A stretch of 64,000 bases of DNA from Octopus vulgaris (GCA_951406725.2 OX597822.1:116622001-116686000); one strand, 5' to 3'; counted from the first letter of the stretch, positions 1-12,374 are shown. Program-made: numbers and translations. The notes: generated from the sequence alone by a model not told the origin.

Positions 1-260
1 CCTCGTGCCGGTGGCACATACAAAGCACCATTTGTTCGTGGCCGTTTGCCAGCTCTGTCTGGCACCAGTGCGGGTGGCACGTAAAAAGCACCCACTACAC
101 TCACGGAGTGGTTGGCGTTAGGAAGGGCATCCAGCCGTAGAAACACTGCCAGATTTGACTGGGCCTGATGAAGCCTTCTGGCTTCACAGACCCCAGCAGA
201 ACTCCAACCCATGCTAGCATGGAAAACGGACGCTAAATGATGATGATGATGATGATGATG
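1..260 (+). mobile_element. RTE-type LINE 3' UTR/tail (5' part lies outside the window)
   Basis: gagtggttggcgttaggaagggcatccagc...ccaacccatgctagcatggaaaacggacg followed by a (GAT)n tail. The same tail follows the RTE ORF2 C-terminus at 36430-36603. Confidence 0.8.
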
Positions 261-367
261 ATATATATATAACGGGAAGGTTTACGAAAATAAACAAAAG
301 ACGAAGGCAGGTGGAGTACAAACAAATAATGTATTAGTATGGCGCTCAGGAATAGAAATAAAACAAG

Positions 368-405
368 TCTTTTACGTTTCGAGCCTACGCTCTTCAACAG
401 AAAGA
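368..405 (-). ncRNA. Minimal type I hammerhead-like motif (A6U variant) in a Penelope-like short module
   Basis: Minus strand reads TCTTT-CTGTTGAA-GAGC-gtag-GCTC-GAAAC-GT-A-AAAGA: stem I TCTTT/AAAGA, stem II GAGC/GCTC, palindromic ACGT stem III. Confidence 0.6.
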
Positions 406-639
406 TACACAGAAAAGAAACACGGAGAGAAACAAGGAGAGAAAAAAATTGCGTGTAGGGAATAACGATCCAACATGGCGTTATACAATGGGCTTCTTTC
501 AGTTTCTGTCTGCCAAATCCACTCACAAGGCTTTGGTTGACCCAAGGCTATAACAAAAGACACTTGCCCAAGGTGCCATACAGTGAGACTGAACCCAGAA
601 CCATGTGGTTGGTAAGCAAGCTACTTACCACACAGCCTG

Positions 640-803
640 TCCCACTTAAATGTGGATGTTCTGTTAGAACAAACTATACTGCTGCAGATACTATGAAAGA
701 AACTCTCAGATGATAATATGAGAGATTCTCCCATGCTTTCTCTCATGATGTATTTTCCACAGTCTAGATTGTTCTGACAGAACATTCACATTTAAGAGGG
801 GAT
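640..803. mobile_element. Small fold-back/MITE-like element (second copy at ~4406-4569)
   Basis: cccacttaaatgtggatgttctgttagaacaa pairs with ttgttctgacagaacattcacatttaagagggg; imperfect pairing continues inward. Confidence 0.55.
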
Positions 804-1104
804 AAATATTACCACTTTGTATTAATACTTCCCCTGTTGCTAATATATATTTCTCATTAAATCTGTATCCTATAATGAGGGGCTGTCTTGGACAGGTTGG
901 TAGTAAGAGTCAAAGGGTGTGCGATGAGATAAAGGCGAAAGTAGGTGATGGATGTCTAGAGAAGTAGCTCAGAAGGGAGAGTGAGTGATGGCTGGCAGTA
1001 CAAAAGGGTTAGGGTTAAAGTGGACAGGGTGGCAGGATGGGAATGGTCCTATGCAATCCCTTCTGAATAAGCCTGGGTGGTGGCCATAAGTTTATTGTCA
1101 GCAT

Positions 1105-1445
1105 TGTAGGTGATGGTAATGACAATGATAATAGAAGTGGTAGTGATAGTGGTATTGATGATGATGATGAGGAGGAGGAGGACAACGATGATGATGATGA
1201 CGATGAGGATGACAGTAGTGAGGGTGGTGATGACAGTGGTGGTGGTGGTGGTGATATCAAGGTTATTATTGGTGTTGTTGGTGATGATGCTGGTGACAAC
1301 AACAACGATGATGATGATGATGATGCTGGCAGTAACAATGCCAATGTCGATAATGATGACAACGATGATGATGACAACAGTGGTGGTGGTGGTCGTCATT
1401 GTCGTGGTCATAACAGCATCTAGAACAACAATTATGATGGTGAAT
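1105..1445. repeat. Degenerate (GAT/GGT/GAC)n trinucleotide tract
   Basis: Direct inspection; source of the poly-S/M/V/H pseudo-ORFs. Confidence 0.9.
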
Positions 1446-2016
1446 GAAACCAATTCCATGTGAACATCTGCAACTACGGCCACCCCTGCAGGAAACATTC
1501 TGGATTGTCGAGTTTAGATTTATTATCAAGTTCTGTTTTCTTTTGCATTTTTACTCTCCTCCTCCTCACTAATTTTTAAAATGTTTTTAATAGAATTTTT
1601 CCCTTCTCATTTCCTTCATCCTGTTACCCTGTTCTCTCATTTGCAAAGACCTCACAAGAAGTTGAGCTGATGTTACAGATTTTCAAACAGCACTTCAGAT
1701 AATCCTCTCTTTATAATCATGGTTTCCCTTTGTTTTTTTGAGCCCTCGCTGATGCCATCATAGAAGATATTCTGAGGGTTGAGGATTGATTTTCATCTGA
1801 AGAAGATACTCTTAAACATTGTTTGATTTTTTTCCTGGGGTTTTTTTTTGTGTTTTTTTTTTAAACAAGTCCTGTTTTGAAACTTGGCATTTCAATCTTT
1901 TGCTTGATTTTCTCATTGACTTTTTTGTTACTATATTTCTGTTTTTGCTTCAACTAAGTTAGAAAATGATGAAAAATTTAGTAAAATAACTCTGGCATTA
2001 TCAAACTGCTGTTTAA

Positions 2017-2227
2017 GGCAGCAAATTGGCATAATTGTTAGCATGTCAGGCAAAATGCTTAGTAGCCTTTCATCAGTCTTCATGTTCTGAGTTCAAACTC
2101 TACCAAGATAAACTTTGTCTTTCATCCTTCTGGGGTCAATAAAATTACTACCAGTTGAGCACTGAGGTTGATTTAATTGATGTACCCTCTTCCCATAATT
2201 GCTGGCCTTGTGCCAAAATTTGAACCC
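2017..2227 (+). mobile_element. tRNA-derived SINE, family C (other copies 6467-6680 +, 11909-12113 -, 28313-28522 -)
   Basis: Shared body ttctgagttcaaa...ctttcatcc.t..ggggtc.ataaa.ta..taccag with a B-box-like GAGTTCAAA. Confidence 0.7.
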
Positions 2228-2523
2228 ATTATTCGACTGCTGTTTGGAACATATATTAACATGAAATTTTGATGAAAATTTTTAATTTAGATTTACTTTT
2301 ATACTCTTTTATTTGTTTCAGTCATTTGGAGCACTGCCTTTAGTCAAACAAATCAACCCCAGAACTTATTCTTTGTAAGCCTAGTACTTATTTCTATCAG
2401 TCTCTTTTGCTGAACTGCTAAGTTACAGGGACATAAACTGGTGTCCTGTCCAGCTGGGGAACACATACGCCATTGAAATCGGGAAACCAGGCCCATGAGC
2501 CTGGCTAGGCTTTTAAAGGGCAC

Positions 2524-2583
<60 letters not shown>

Positions 2584-2584
<1 letters not shown>

Positions 2585-3252
2585 TTTCCTTCTTTCTTCA
2601 AATTTTCTTCTGTTTCTTGCCAAGTGTTTTCCGTACACCTAGAGCAGAGAAGCTCATTCTATGCATTCCCAGATTACACACGCAAATTCACAGGTAAAAT
2701 ATGTATTTAAAAAATTAATAAATAAATAAATTCATGAATGGATGTTGTTTTCACATCGATAATACTCTTCTCAGTACATGAGCCGTTCCAGTCGACACGA
2801 TCTTTTGCATTTCCTGTAGGGATGGTAAGCCTGGTATCATTTTCAAATAGGTTTCAGTACCTTTTTTTATCATTCCTAGAGATCCCACAATCACTGGTAC
2901 TGTTGTCACCTTGAGATGCCACATTTTTTCAATTTCCGTTAGCAAGTCCTTATATTTACTAATCTTGTCAAATTCTTTTGCCGCTATATTGTGATCGCAA
3001 GGGACACTCATGTCAATTAACAAACACATCCTTTTTGTCTAATCTTTTATGATAATATCTGGTTTATTAGTTTTTATTGTTTTGTCGGTATGTACGGTAA
3101 AGTCCCACAGAATCGACACATTTTCTCCCTCAGTCACAGCTTCAGGATGGTGTTTATACCATTTGTCAGCGGTTTTGATTTCATAATGCTGACATATTGT
3201 TCAGTGTAAATACTGGCCGACTCTGTCATGTCTTGCTTTATATTCTTTATAT
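2584..3252 (-). mobile_element. 5'-truncated R4/Dong-clade non-LTR retrotransposon (restriction-like endonuclease domain) inserted in (TAA)n
   Basis: Translation KEYKARHDRVGQYLH*...ILWDFTVHTDKTIKTNKPDIIIKD*...CLLIDMSVP...KISKYKDL shows the RHD and PD..D RLE motifs with two in-frame stops. (TTA)n lies on both sides (2527-2583, 3253-3269). Confidence 0.85.
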
Positions 3253-3284
3253 TTATTATTATTATTATTATATGTATATATATG

Positions 3285-3999
3285 AAATGTAGGCGGCTGA
3301 CCAGATGGATTCTTAGAGCTTTTAGAACAAGAGACCAGGAAACCATGATGGTCCTCTGGAGGACACTTGTCCTTAGCCACTTTGACTATTGCTCTCAGCT
3401 ATGGTCACCAACCAGTGTCAAATTAATCACAGAACTTGAGGCAATTCAACAAAGCTACACAAAGAAGATAGCCTCTGTGCAGCATATAAGCTATTGGGAA
3501 AGACTCAAGAGATTAAGACTCTATTCCTTAGAGCGTAGGCGAGAAAGATATGCCATAATATACATCTGGAAGATCCTAGAAGGACTTGTCCCAAACTTTG
3601 GCATCGAGAGTTACACAAATACTAGAACTGGGCGCCACTGCACAGTGCCAAGGACTCCAAATTTACCATCAAGATGTAGGACAAGATACAGTTATAGCCT
3701 GGGCTTCAGAGGTCCACAGCTCTTCAATATCCTCCCGAAGGACCTGAGAGACCTGCATGGGGTGGATGCAGATGTCTTTAAAATAAAGCTGGGCCTCTTC
3801 CTGTCAGGTGTCCCAGATGAACCAACTTCACGACAGGAGGTGCAGATGAGGGCAGCTGCATCAAACTCTCTCATGCACCAAATGTCAATTGCTAAAAAGC
3901 ATTCGTGAAGTAAAATCATGTAGCAACACCAAATGGCAATGCCCCAGCATGGCCACAGCTCGTGAGCTGAAACTAGATAAAATGAAAAAGGAAAATGAA

Positions 4000-4008
<9 letters not shown>
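3285..4008 (+). mobile_element. 5'-truncated CR1-like LINE (ORF2 C-terminus plus 3' UTR)
   Basis: ORF 3228-3908: WILRAFRTRD...LVLSHFDYCSQLWSP...SYWERLKRLRLYSLERRRER...GPQLFNILP; A-rich tail running into (TA)n. Confidence 0.85.
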
Positions 4009-4037
<29 letters not shown>

Positions 4038-4039
<2 letters not shown>

Positions 4040-4681
4040 GGGAAGGTTTACGAAAATAAACAAAAGACGAAGGCAGGTGGAGTACAAACAAATAATGTAT
4101 TAGTATGGCGCTCAGGAATAGAAATAAAACAAGTCTTTTACATTTCGAGCCTACGCTCTTCAACAGAAAGATACACAGAAAAGAAACACGGAGAGAAACA
4201 AGGAGAGAAAAAAATTGCGTGTAGGGAATAACGATCCAACATGGCGTTATACAATGGGCTTCTTTCAGTTTCTGTCTGCCAAATCCACTCACAAGGCTTT
4301 GGTTGACCCAAGGCTATAGCAAAAGACACTTGCCCAAGGTGCCATACAGTGAGACTGAATCCAGAACCATGTGGTTGGTAAGCAAGCTACTTACCACACA
4401 GCCTGTCCCACTTAAATGTGGATGTTCTGTTAGAACAAACTATACTGCTGCAGATACTATGAAAGAAACTCTCAGATGATAATATGAGAGATTCTCCCAT
4501 GCTTTCTCTCATGATGTATTTTCCACAGTCTAGATTGTTCTGACAGAACATTCACATTTAAGAGGGGATAAATATTACCACTTTGTATTAATACTTCCCC
4601 TGTTGCTAATATATATTTCTCATTAAATCTGTATCCTATAATGAGGGGCTGTCTTGGACAGGTTGGTAGTAAGAGTCAAAG
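4038..4681. repeat. Direct repeat copy 2 of 272-915
   Basis: Near-identical sequence; starts directly at the end of a (TA)n tract. Confidence 0.95.
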
Positions 4682-6023
4682 ATTTCTCCATTCCTTCTAC
4701 TTCCCATGATCCGTTCACATGAGTATGTTTTGTTTATTGGGTAAATAAATGCCTGTGGAATACAGAAACAGGAGAATACTGCTGTCTCCACAAGCCCCCT
4801 CAATTTTGTATCTAGAAGGATGTTGTATTATTAGATATATCTATGTGTTGTGATACAAGTATATATACACACAGTTAACTGTATGTATATATTTCAAACC
4901 TTGTATCACAACACTCTCAGGTCATCACTGTATTGTGGCAATTCTAAATAAATGCCTCTTCTTTTCCTCTGTGGACAGAGAAAAGTGAAAATATCTGGCT
5001 GACCTCAAAATTGTGATTTAGTTTCAAATTGATTTTCATCAGAGAAAAAATACCTTTTGATTTGCTGATATATCTAATATACGAAATAGCTATATATAAA
5101 CACTAAATGTAGCTCATTTACTCTATCAGTTAATTTAATTTGCATAAATACTACTTCATTGGTGATTAACTCAAATAAATTAATTAATTTTGCACTGAAC
5201 AGAGCTAACTCTCTACCATATTTGCCGTATGGTACAACAGAACCCTTTTTTTTTCACAACAAGCTGGCAATAATGGTTTACAATTGTTACCAGAGTGACA
5301 GCTCTCATGCATTGTAAAAAAAGATTTACTATTCAGCTAGAGATATAGCAGGAAATGCAGGCTTTTTAGTGCATAATTAATTTCTATATTGTTACTGTTA
5401 TTGTTAATATATTATTGGGTAATTGTTGTTCTATAAATGCTGGTATGTAATGCCTTAGGGACGAAAACACCCTTTCTCCCTTGCATATTTCAGCCTTTGT
5501 CCTCTGATGCATTAATTTCACCAGCTTCGTTAAGTTCCTCTGCTTTATTACAACATCCTTTGTTTTGTGCGCTCGTTAATATTGTAATTAACCATCAATC
5601 AATGTAAAATTTGGTTAGTGATTGTGGAAGTGCTGACAGTTTTATCCAAGACAGTATTGCTAGCTTGAATAAAATGGGAATAGTTAAGTCATTAAACCGT
5701 TCAGAGGCAACATCCTGGTGGAATCAACGCAAGCTTTGTTCCCAAATTATGGGAATATGTGAAATTGATACGAGATATATCTAGCATTTGTACAACCATC
5801 AACCTTTCACAGACTCAGTTGAGATGTTATGCTTGCAGAGAATATCATGACAAAACATTCTTTTGTGGAAACAATTTTGTTATCATCATCATCGTTTAAT
5901 GAGTTTATTTAAAATACAATTTTGATTAATTTTGGAAAAGCTGTGAGCAAGCAGAATCATTAGCAGAATCATTAGCACATTGGATGAAAATGCTTATCAA
6001 TATTTCATCCATCTTTATGTAAT

Positions 6024-6420
6024 GGGTGTGGGTGTGGCCATGTTGTATGAAGCTTGTTTCCCAACCACATGGCTCTGGGTTCAGTCCCACTGTGTGGCAC
6101 CTTGGGCAAGTGCCTTCTACTATAGCCTCAGGCCAACCAAAGCCTTGTGAGTGGATTTGGTAGATGGAAACTGAAAGAAGCCCGTCATATATATATGTAT
6201 ATATCTGTCTCTGTGTCTCTGTTTGTGCCCTCATCACCACTTGACAACCAGTGTTGGTGTATTTATGTCCCCATAACTTAGCGGTTTGACAAAAGAGACC
6301 AACAGAATAAGTACCAGGCTTTAAATAAAATAAGTCCTGGGGTCGATCTGTTCAACTGAAACACTTCAAGGTGGTGCTCTAGCATGGCCACAGTCATATG
6401 ACTAAAACAAGTAAAAGATT
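6024..6420 (+). mobile_element. CORE-like tRNA SINE, family A, full length
   Basis: Head with GGTTCAGTCCC B-box, CORE-like gcaccttgggcaagtg, internal microsatellite, 3' end ...tgact.aaacaagtaaaaga. Confidence 0.8.
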
Positions 6421-7942
6421 AAATAACAAAGAATTTATTAAAATAACTTTGTCGTTATTAAACCCAGGCAGCAAAGCTGGCAGAGTTGTTAGGATGCAGG
6501 GCAAAATGCTTAGTGGTATTTTGACTGTTGCTACATTCTGAGTTCAAATTCCATTGAGGTCAACTTCACCTTTCGTCCGTTTGGGGTTGATAAATTAAGT
6601 ACCAGTGAAACAGTTAGGCTGATGTAATTGACTATTTCCCTTCCCCAAAATTTCAGGGTTTGTGCCTATAGTAGAAAGGATTGTTAAACCAGTGCATGGA
6701 GAATAAATGAACCTGAAATTTTGATGTTAAAACAGGGAAATTTCTATCTTAGAACTAAAGATACTTTCAGGTGGGTTAGGATCAAATATGTTAGCACCTG
6801 TAGCATTGTCAAATTTTTGTTTCCCTGAAGATGTCATCTTTTATATCTTTTACTAATTTAAATCTAAATGCCCAATCTGTTGCCCGATTGATTCAAAGTT
6901 ACTCTGAAGATGACTACAATTTCAAAAGACACAAAACAAAAAAAATTTTACCTACACAAAGAAGGCATCATAGAATACAATAATTCACAGTGAAGAACTC
7001 AGGTTGTCGTCGTCATCATCATCATCATTTAATGCTTGCCTTCCATGCTGGCATGGGTGGGTTGGTTGGTTTGAAAGGATCTGATGAGTCCAAGGACGGG
7101 ATCATGCACCAGTATCTACTTTGGCATGCTTTCAACAGCTGGACGTCCTCCCTAAAGCCAACCACTTATCAGCATGAACAGGGTCCTCTTTTTTATGCCG
7201 CCTGTTCTTTTGAAGTCACCATGCAGCTCACATGACTATGAAGCCTGGGGGAGATAGGAGGTTAGTTTCATGCCAAGGGAGAAGGGATTAAACTATTAGA
7301 GAAAAAGGGGATCGGAGCAGATTCTTGTTGAGAATCTTCATTGCTATTGTGTTTAGCAGAAGAACAAAAATCAAAAAACACAAGCATTGATTTGATCTTT
7401 GATTTTTTTTATCACCTTTTTAATGCTTTTTGCATACCTGTCATTGAGGAGTTAATCTGTATCACAACATTCATATTTTAGCAATGTTGGCATGAAATTT
7501 GCCTACAAGTAACTGTCACTGACAATTAAGGGCCACCCTTCCACTGGTTTTTTGAGGCCTTGGGACAATTGGATCAAAGTACAAGACTCCTGTTTGGCCT
7601 AATGAACACTGTCGTGTTTTCATTAAAGTGCAGAGTCAAATAACCTCACTGAATGACCTTAAATCTGCCTATTTGTAGATTTAGATGACATCATCATATG
7701 TTCTAAGAAAGATCGCAACAGAAACCTATAAGAATTTTTGTCATATGCCTATGATTTAAATTTAATTATATGTTGTGAAAAAAAAGGGGGCTTTCAGTAA
7801 AACAAGCATCATTTTTTTTGTTATTAAATTCATGACTAGAAAATATTACCTGATTCTGATAAGCTACATCTATGCAAATGTTTTAAAATTCTTAATTCTA
7901 TAAAGGAACTTAAAAATATTATTGAGTTATTAATGGTTAAAA

Positions 7943-8259
7943 TGTGGAGGTGCAATGGCCCAGTGGTTAGGGCAGGGGACTCATGGTTGGAGAATTGCAG
8001 TTTCAATTCCCAGACCTGGCATTGTGTGTGTTTATTGAGCAAAAACATCTTAAAGCTCCACGCGGCTCCGGCAGGGGGGGGGGGAGACCCCTGTTGTACT
8101 CTTTCACCCCAACTTTCTCTCACTCTTTCTCCCTGTTTCTTGGGTAATGCTGCGATGGACTGGTGTCCTGTCCAGCTGGTGGGGACATATGCCACAGAAA
8201 CTGGGAAACCAGGCCCATGAGCCTGGCTAGGCTTAAAAAGGGTGCATGAATTTTTAAAA
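7943..8259 (+). mobile_element. tRNA-derived SINE, family B, with 11-bp TSD
   Basis: A-box TGGCCCAGTGG, B-box-like GTTTCAATTCC; TSD aatggttaaaa at 7932-7942 and 8260-8270. Confidence 0.85.
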
Positions 8260-9459
8260 AATGGTTAAAACACTTTCCTGATAAAATAAAAAACCCTTCA
8301 TGAAATATATCAACTAATTTCTCAAGAAACAATTACCACTTTCAAATATATTAAATCAACCTAGTCATGCCTACAGCAAGAAGCATGTCCTACTTTGGCC
8401 CCTTCTCTCATACTTTTAGCCATCTTTTCCCACCTCATCTCCAAGCATAAAATCTGCTGCTGCTGGTGCTGAGCAGGAAGCCCTGCTGCATCATAAGATA
8501 TTGAATAAAATCTTTGGTAATTAGACTGTGTTACCTTTTTTCCTTTACTCATTTCAGTCATTAGACTGTGGCTATACATGAGCACCACCTTGAAGGGTTC
8601 TGGGCAAACAAATCGACTGCAGTTTTTGAAGTCTTGTATTTATTTTTATCAGTTTCTTTTGTCGTACCACTAGGTTACAGGGGTGTAAACAAACTATATA
8701 TAATGAGCTTCTTCCAGTTTCCATCTCCCAAGTTCATTCACAAGGATTTTGTTGGCTCAGGGTTATAGTAGAAAACACTTTGAACTTCACAGGTACCACA
8801 CAGGGGAATTGAACACAAAACCATGTGATTGGGAAGCAAACTGCTTACCACACAGCCACACTTGCTATTTTTAATAATATTAATTATTTGCATTACACTA
8901 AAACTGACCAAAGCCTTGTGAGTGGATCTGGTAGATGGTAACTGAAAGAAGCCTGTCGTATATATCATCATCATCGTTTAACGTCCGTTCTCCATGCTAG
9001 CATGGGTTGCACGGTTCGACCGGGGATCTGGGAAGCCAGAAGGCTGCACCAGGCTCCAGTCTGATCTGGTGGTGTTTCTACAGCTGGATGCTCTTCCTAA
9101 CGCCAACCACTGTCTGTCCATTGTTTTTATGTTGTGACAATGCTCTGGCCAGCTGCCGGTTCCATTTTGCTGTTTGCTGACTGCCATTTTCAGTCTCTGG
9201 TTTGATGTCTGCCATTCACCGTCTCTTGGAACTAGTTAAAATACACTTAACATACAGTGGTGGTCTTCCACAGAAAAAGTGTACCAAAGATGGAATTGGT
9301 GTAAAATCCAGCTCTGCACAAAAAACTTGAATAGTTTGATTTTTTTATGAAATTAGCCGTGTTCAAGCAAATTGTGAGATCATATTCTTGAGTGTTGTTG
9401 TTTTGCATCAGATATTATATAATTTAGGTTTGATTGCTAAATATTCCTGCTACATGCAC

Positions 9460-9511
<52 letters not shown>

Positions 9512-9513
<2 letters not shown>

Positions 9514-10560
9514 ATACAATATGTTACATTACTCGGTAGTCAAGATAAAACTCTGAGTTTCAGATGCCGAAGTGGAAATCCACAACACCATCTCATCGGT
9601 TATCTGGCTATTTGAAAACGTTATGAAAAAATATACCGTTAAAAATGAAGGGAAATTACTCTGTTATAACTCTGCTTTGCCTGCGTACTTATACATCGCT
9701 CGCATTTTTCGTCATAAAAATTATATAAAAATACATAAAAATATATAAAAATATATAAAAATATATAAAATCTTCTTGGGACATAACACAGAAAGCATGT
9801 TCTATCCGTTTTCTTTAGGGGACCAAAAACGTAACAGAAATTTAGTCACATGTGGGCATGATCCGAAAAGTTCTGTCCTTGTATTTAGACATGTGGTAGG
9901 GTCTAAGCTGCTTTTCCAGATAAGCCATCTCTCCATGTCGCATAAACCGCACCTTCCGCTGCCGTTAGTATAGGGCTTACATTTGGCCAAAATCTTCCAT
10001 TGTATGTTATAATCGACACCTTTATCTCTTAAAGACCAAATATGATTGGATAATTGTGTCGCTTTTCTTTTGTTCCAGTGCCTAAAGCTCAAAGTGTGGT
10101 TATTGAACCTGGCCTTGAAATTACCCTCTGTCAGGCCCACGTATTTCTTCGTCGAAACGGTGTCTTTAGTGGTTATAGAGTTTACGGTAGCTTCATATAT
10201 GATGGTCTTGGACATGCAAGCTCCATTTAGCGGGCACAATTCTTTATTCCTGCATGAACAGCTGTTTTCTTCTTGTGTTTTTTGTATGTTATGATTGATT
10301 ATGTTTTTAAAATTGGTAGTTGAACTAAAACTAATTTTTAAATTGTGTCTATTGAAGAGTTTCCTATAAGCATGGTTAACTGGAAAATGTCTATCTATCA
10401 GTGCTAGGAAATATTTACCTATATTGAAGGCCACCTCGGGTGAGTAAGGGGGCGTAAACCAGATGACCTTCCTATTTCTATTATTCCTTTTCCTTATTGT
10501 TGGGCTGGTGATAGGTGTATATTTTATTTTTTCGCTAAAACCACTATCTTTTAAAGCTTT
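9512..10560 (-). mobile_element. 5'-truncated Penelope-like element: GIY-YIG endonuclease plus 3' UTR, between (TA)n tracts
   Basis: ORF 9802-10623 (real part ends about 10560): WFTPPYS...CSCRNKELCPLNGAC...IIYEATV...YVGLTEGNFKARFNNH...LSNHIW...CGLCDMER. An HHR-like motif lies in the 3' UTR. Confidence 0.9.
9543..9605 (-). ncRNA. Type I hammerhead-like motif (U4C variant) in the Penelope 3' UTR
   Basis: Minus strand AGATAA-CCGATGA-GATG..GTGGA tt TCCAC..CATCT-GAAAC-TCAGA-GT-T-TTATCT; stem I AGATAA/TTATCT. Confidence 0.65.
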
Positions 10561-10576
10561 ATTATATATATATATA

Positions 10577-10767
10577 CGGTTGAAATTTATAGAAAAAGAC
10601 GAGGACAGATGTAGGAACAACAAGCAAGTGATTAGTTTGACGCTTGCGAAAAATGGAAAAGTCTTTTACATTTCGAGTTTATGCTCTTCAACAGAAAGGA
10701 ATAAGAGGAAATGATAGAGAGAGAATGAAAAAAACCGTGTAGAGTTTAGCGGCCCAACATGCCGATT
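10577..10767 (-). mobile_element. Short Penelope-like module with HHR-like motif, flanked by (TA)n
   Basis: Colinear diverged relative of 272-480. Minus strand ctttCTGTTGAAgagcataaactcGAAATGTAaaag at about 10663-10698. Confidence 0.65.
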
Positions 10768-10813
10768 GTATATATACATATATACATATATATATATATA
10801 CACACACACACAC

Positions 10814-10874
<61 letters not shown>

Positions 10875-10904
10875 AATGTATATATATGTATACATATATG
10901 AATG

Positions 10905-10934
<30 letters not shown>

Positions 10935-10939
<5 letters not shown>

Positions 10940-11135
10940 CGGTGGCATGTAAAAAGCAACCACTACACTCACTGAATGGTTAGCGTTAGGAAGGGCATCC
11001 AGCTGTAGAAACACTGCCAGATCAGACTGGAGCCTGATGTAGCCTCCTGGCTTCCCAGACCCCGGTCAAACCGTCCAACCCATGCTAACATGGAAAGCAG
11101 ACGTTAAACGATGATGATGATGATGGTGATATTGA
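10935..11135 (+). mobile_element. RTE-type 3' tail (similar tails at 8960-9110 -, 13365-13819 +, 22860-23140 +, 26025-26265 +, 42128-42570 -, 63443-63727 -)
   Basis: gtgccggtggca..taaaaagca...ttaggaagggcatccagctgtagaaac...cgttaaacgatgatgat. Confidence 0.8.
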
Positions 11136-12374
11136 TGATAATGATGATGATGATGATATTGATGATAATGATGATGATGATGATATTGATGATGAGATTC
11201 TTTCAGTTTCTATCCACCAATTCTATTCACAAGGCTTTGGTCAGTCCAAGGGCTACAGTTGAAGACACTGACCCGAGATGCCATGCAATGGGACTGAAGC
11301 TGAAACTATGTGGTTGGAAAGCAAACTCCTTGACCCCACAGCTGTGCTTGCACCAACTTCATCTGTTCTTGAAGGCTGCAAGCACTGTCCCTGCCCCTCA
11401 GACCTCATTTTGATTAGAGAAATTTTTTGACCAATTGTATATGAATTGCAGATTAACATCATCCAGTCAGTGTTATTGATGTTTGGCCCCAGGTCAGCCC
11501 TGATCAAGCAGACTTATGATAATCTCAATGATTACAATATGATCAAATGCATTCCAGCCATGACCATCCTATCTTTTTCACATGTGCTGGAATCCTAGCA
11601 GTCCTTTACCCATGTTCTTTTTTCAAACAGTTGTTTGGCTGTTATTTCTAGCAGGTTGACTGACCGCATAAAGCCTCTTTTAATAGTGTTAGTGGGGAAT
11701 AGATTAAGTTAGTTTTCTCAAAAATGAAATTACTTTACATCAATTAATTATCCCAGTTTAGTCCAAACCAGCATTTTATGCCAAAATTGGACCAGAGCAA
11801 TGTGAAATGAAGTTATTACACAACATGCTACCTAGTCTGAGGATCAAACCCCTAATCTTAAGATCATGAATCCAAAATCCTAACCACTAGGCCACACATC
11901 TTCACATATTCTTTTCTACTCTCGGCACAAGACTTGGAATTTGAGGGGAGGGGGCCAATCAACTAGATTGACCTCAGTATTTAATTTATTAAACCCGAAA
12001 GGATGAAAGGCAAAGTCGACTTCAGTGGAATTTGAACTCAGAACGTCACGGCAGACAAAATACTGCTAAGCATTTCGTCCAGTATGCTAATGTTTCTGCC
12101 AACTCTTTGCCTTTTCACGGCTTCACATTTTCATAAACACAAAAGGCATTAATTTAATCATATTATACTTATATCTTTTGTTTTTTACTTGTTTCAGTCA
12201 TTTGACTCTGGCCATGCTGGGGTACTGCCTTGCAGGGTTGTAGTCAAACAAATCAACCCTGGGATTTATTCTATCAGTCTCTTTTGTCAAACCACTAAGT
12301 TATGGGGACGCAAACCCAACATCGGTTGGACACAGATACACACACAAATTGAGATATACATACATACATAAATC

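Larger units (their letters stand above)
272..915. repeat. Direct repeat copy 1 (644 bp); copy 2 at 4038-4681
   Basis: Base-by-base comparison shows about 3 substitutions. Contains a Penelope-like HHR module (272-480), a SINE 5' half (487-637, minus) and a fold-back element (640-803). Confidence 0.95.
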
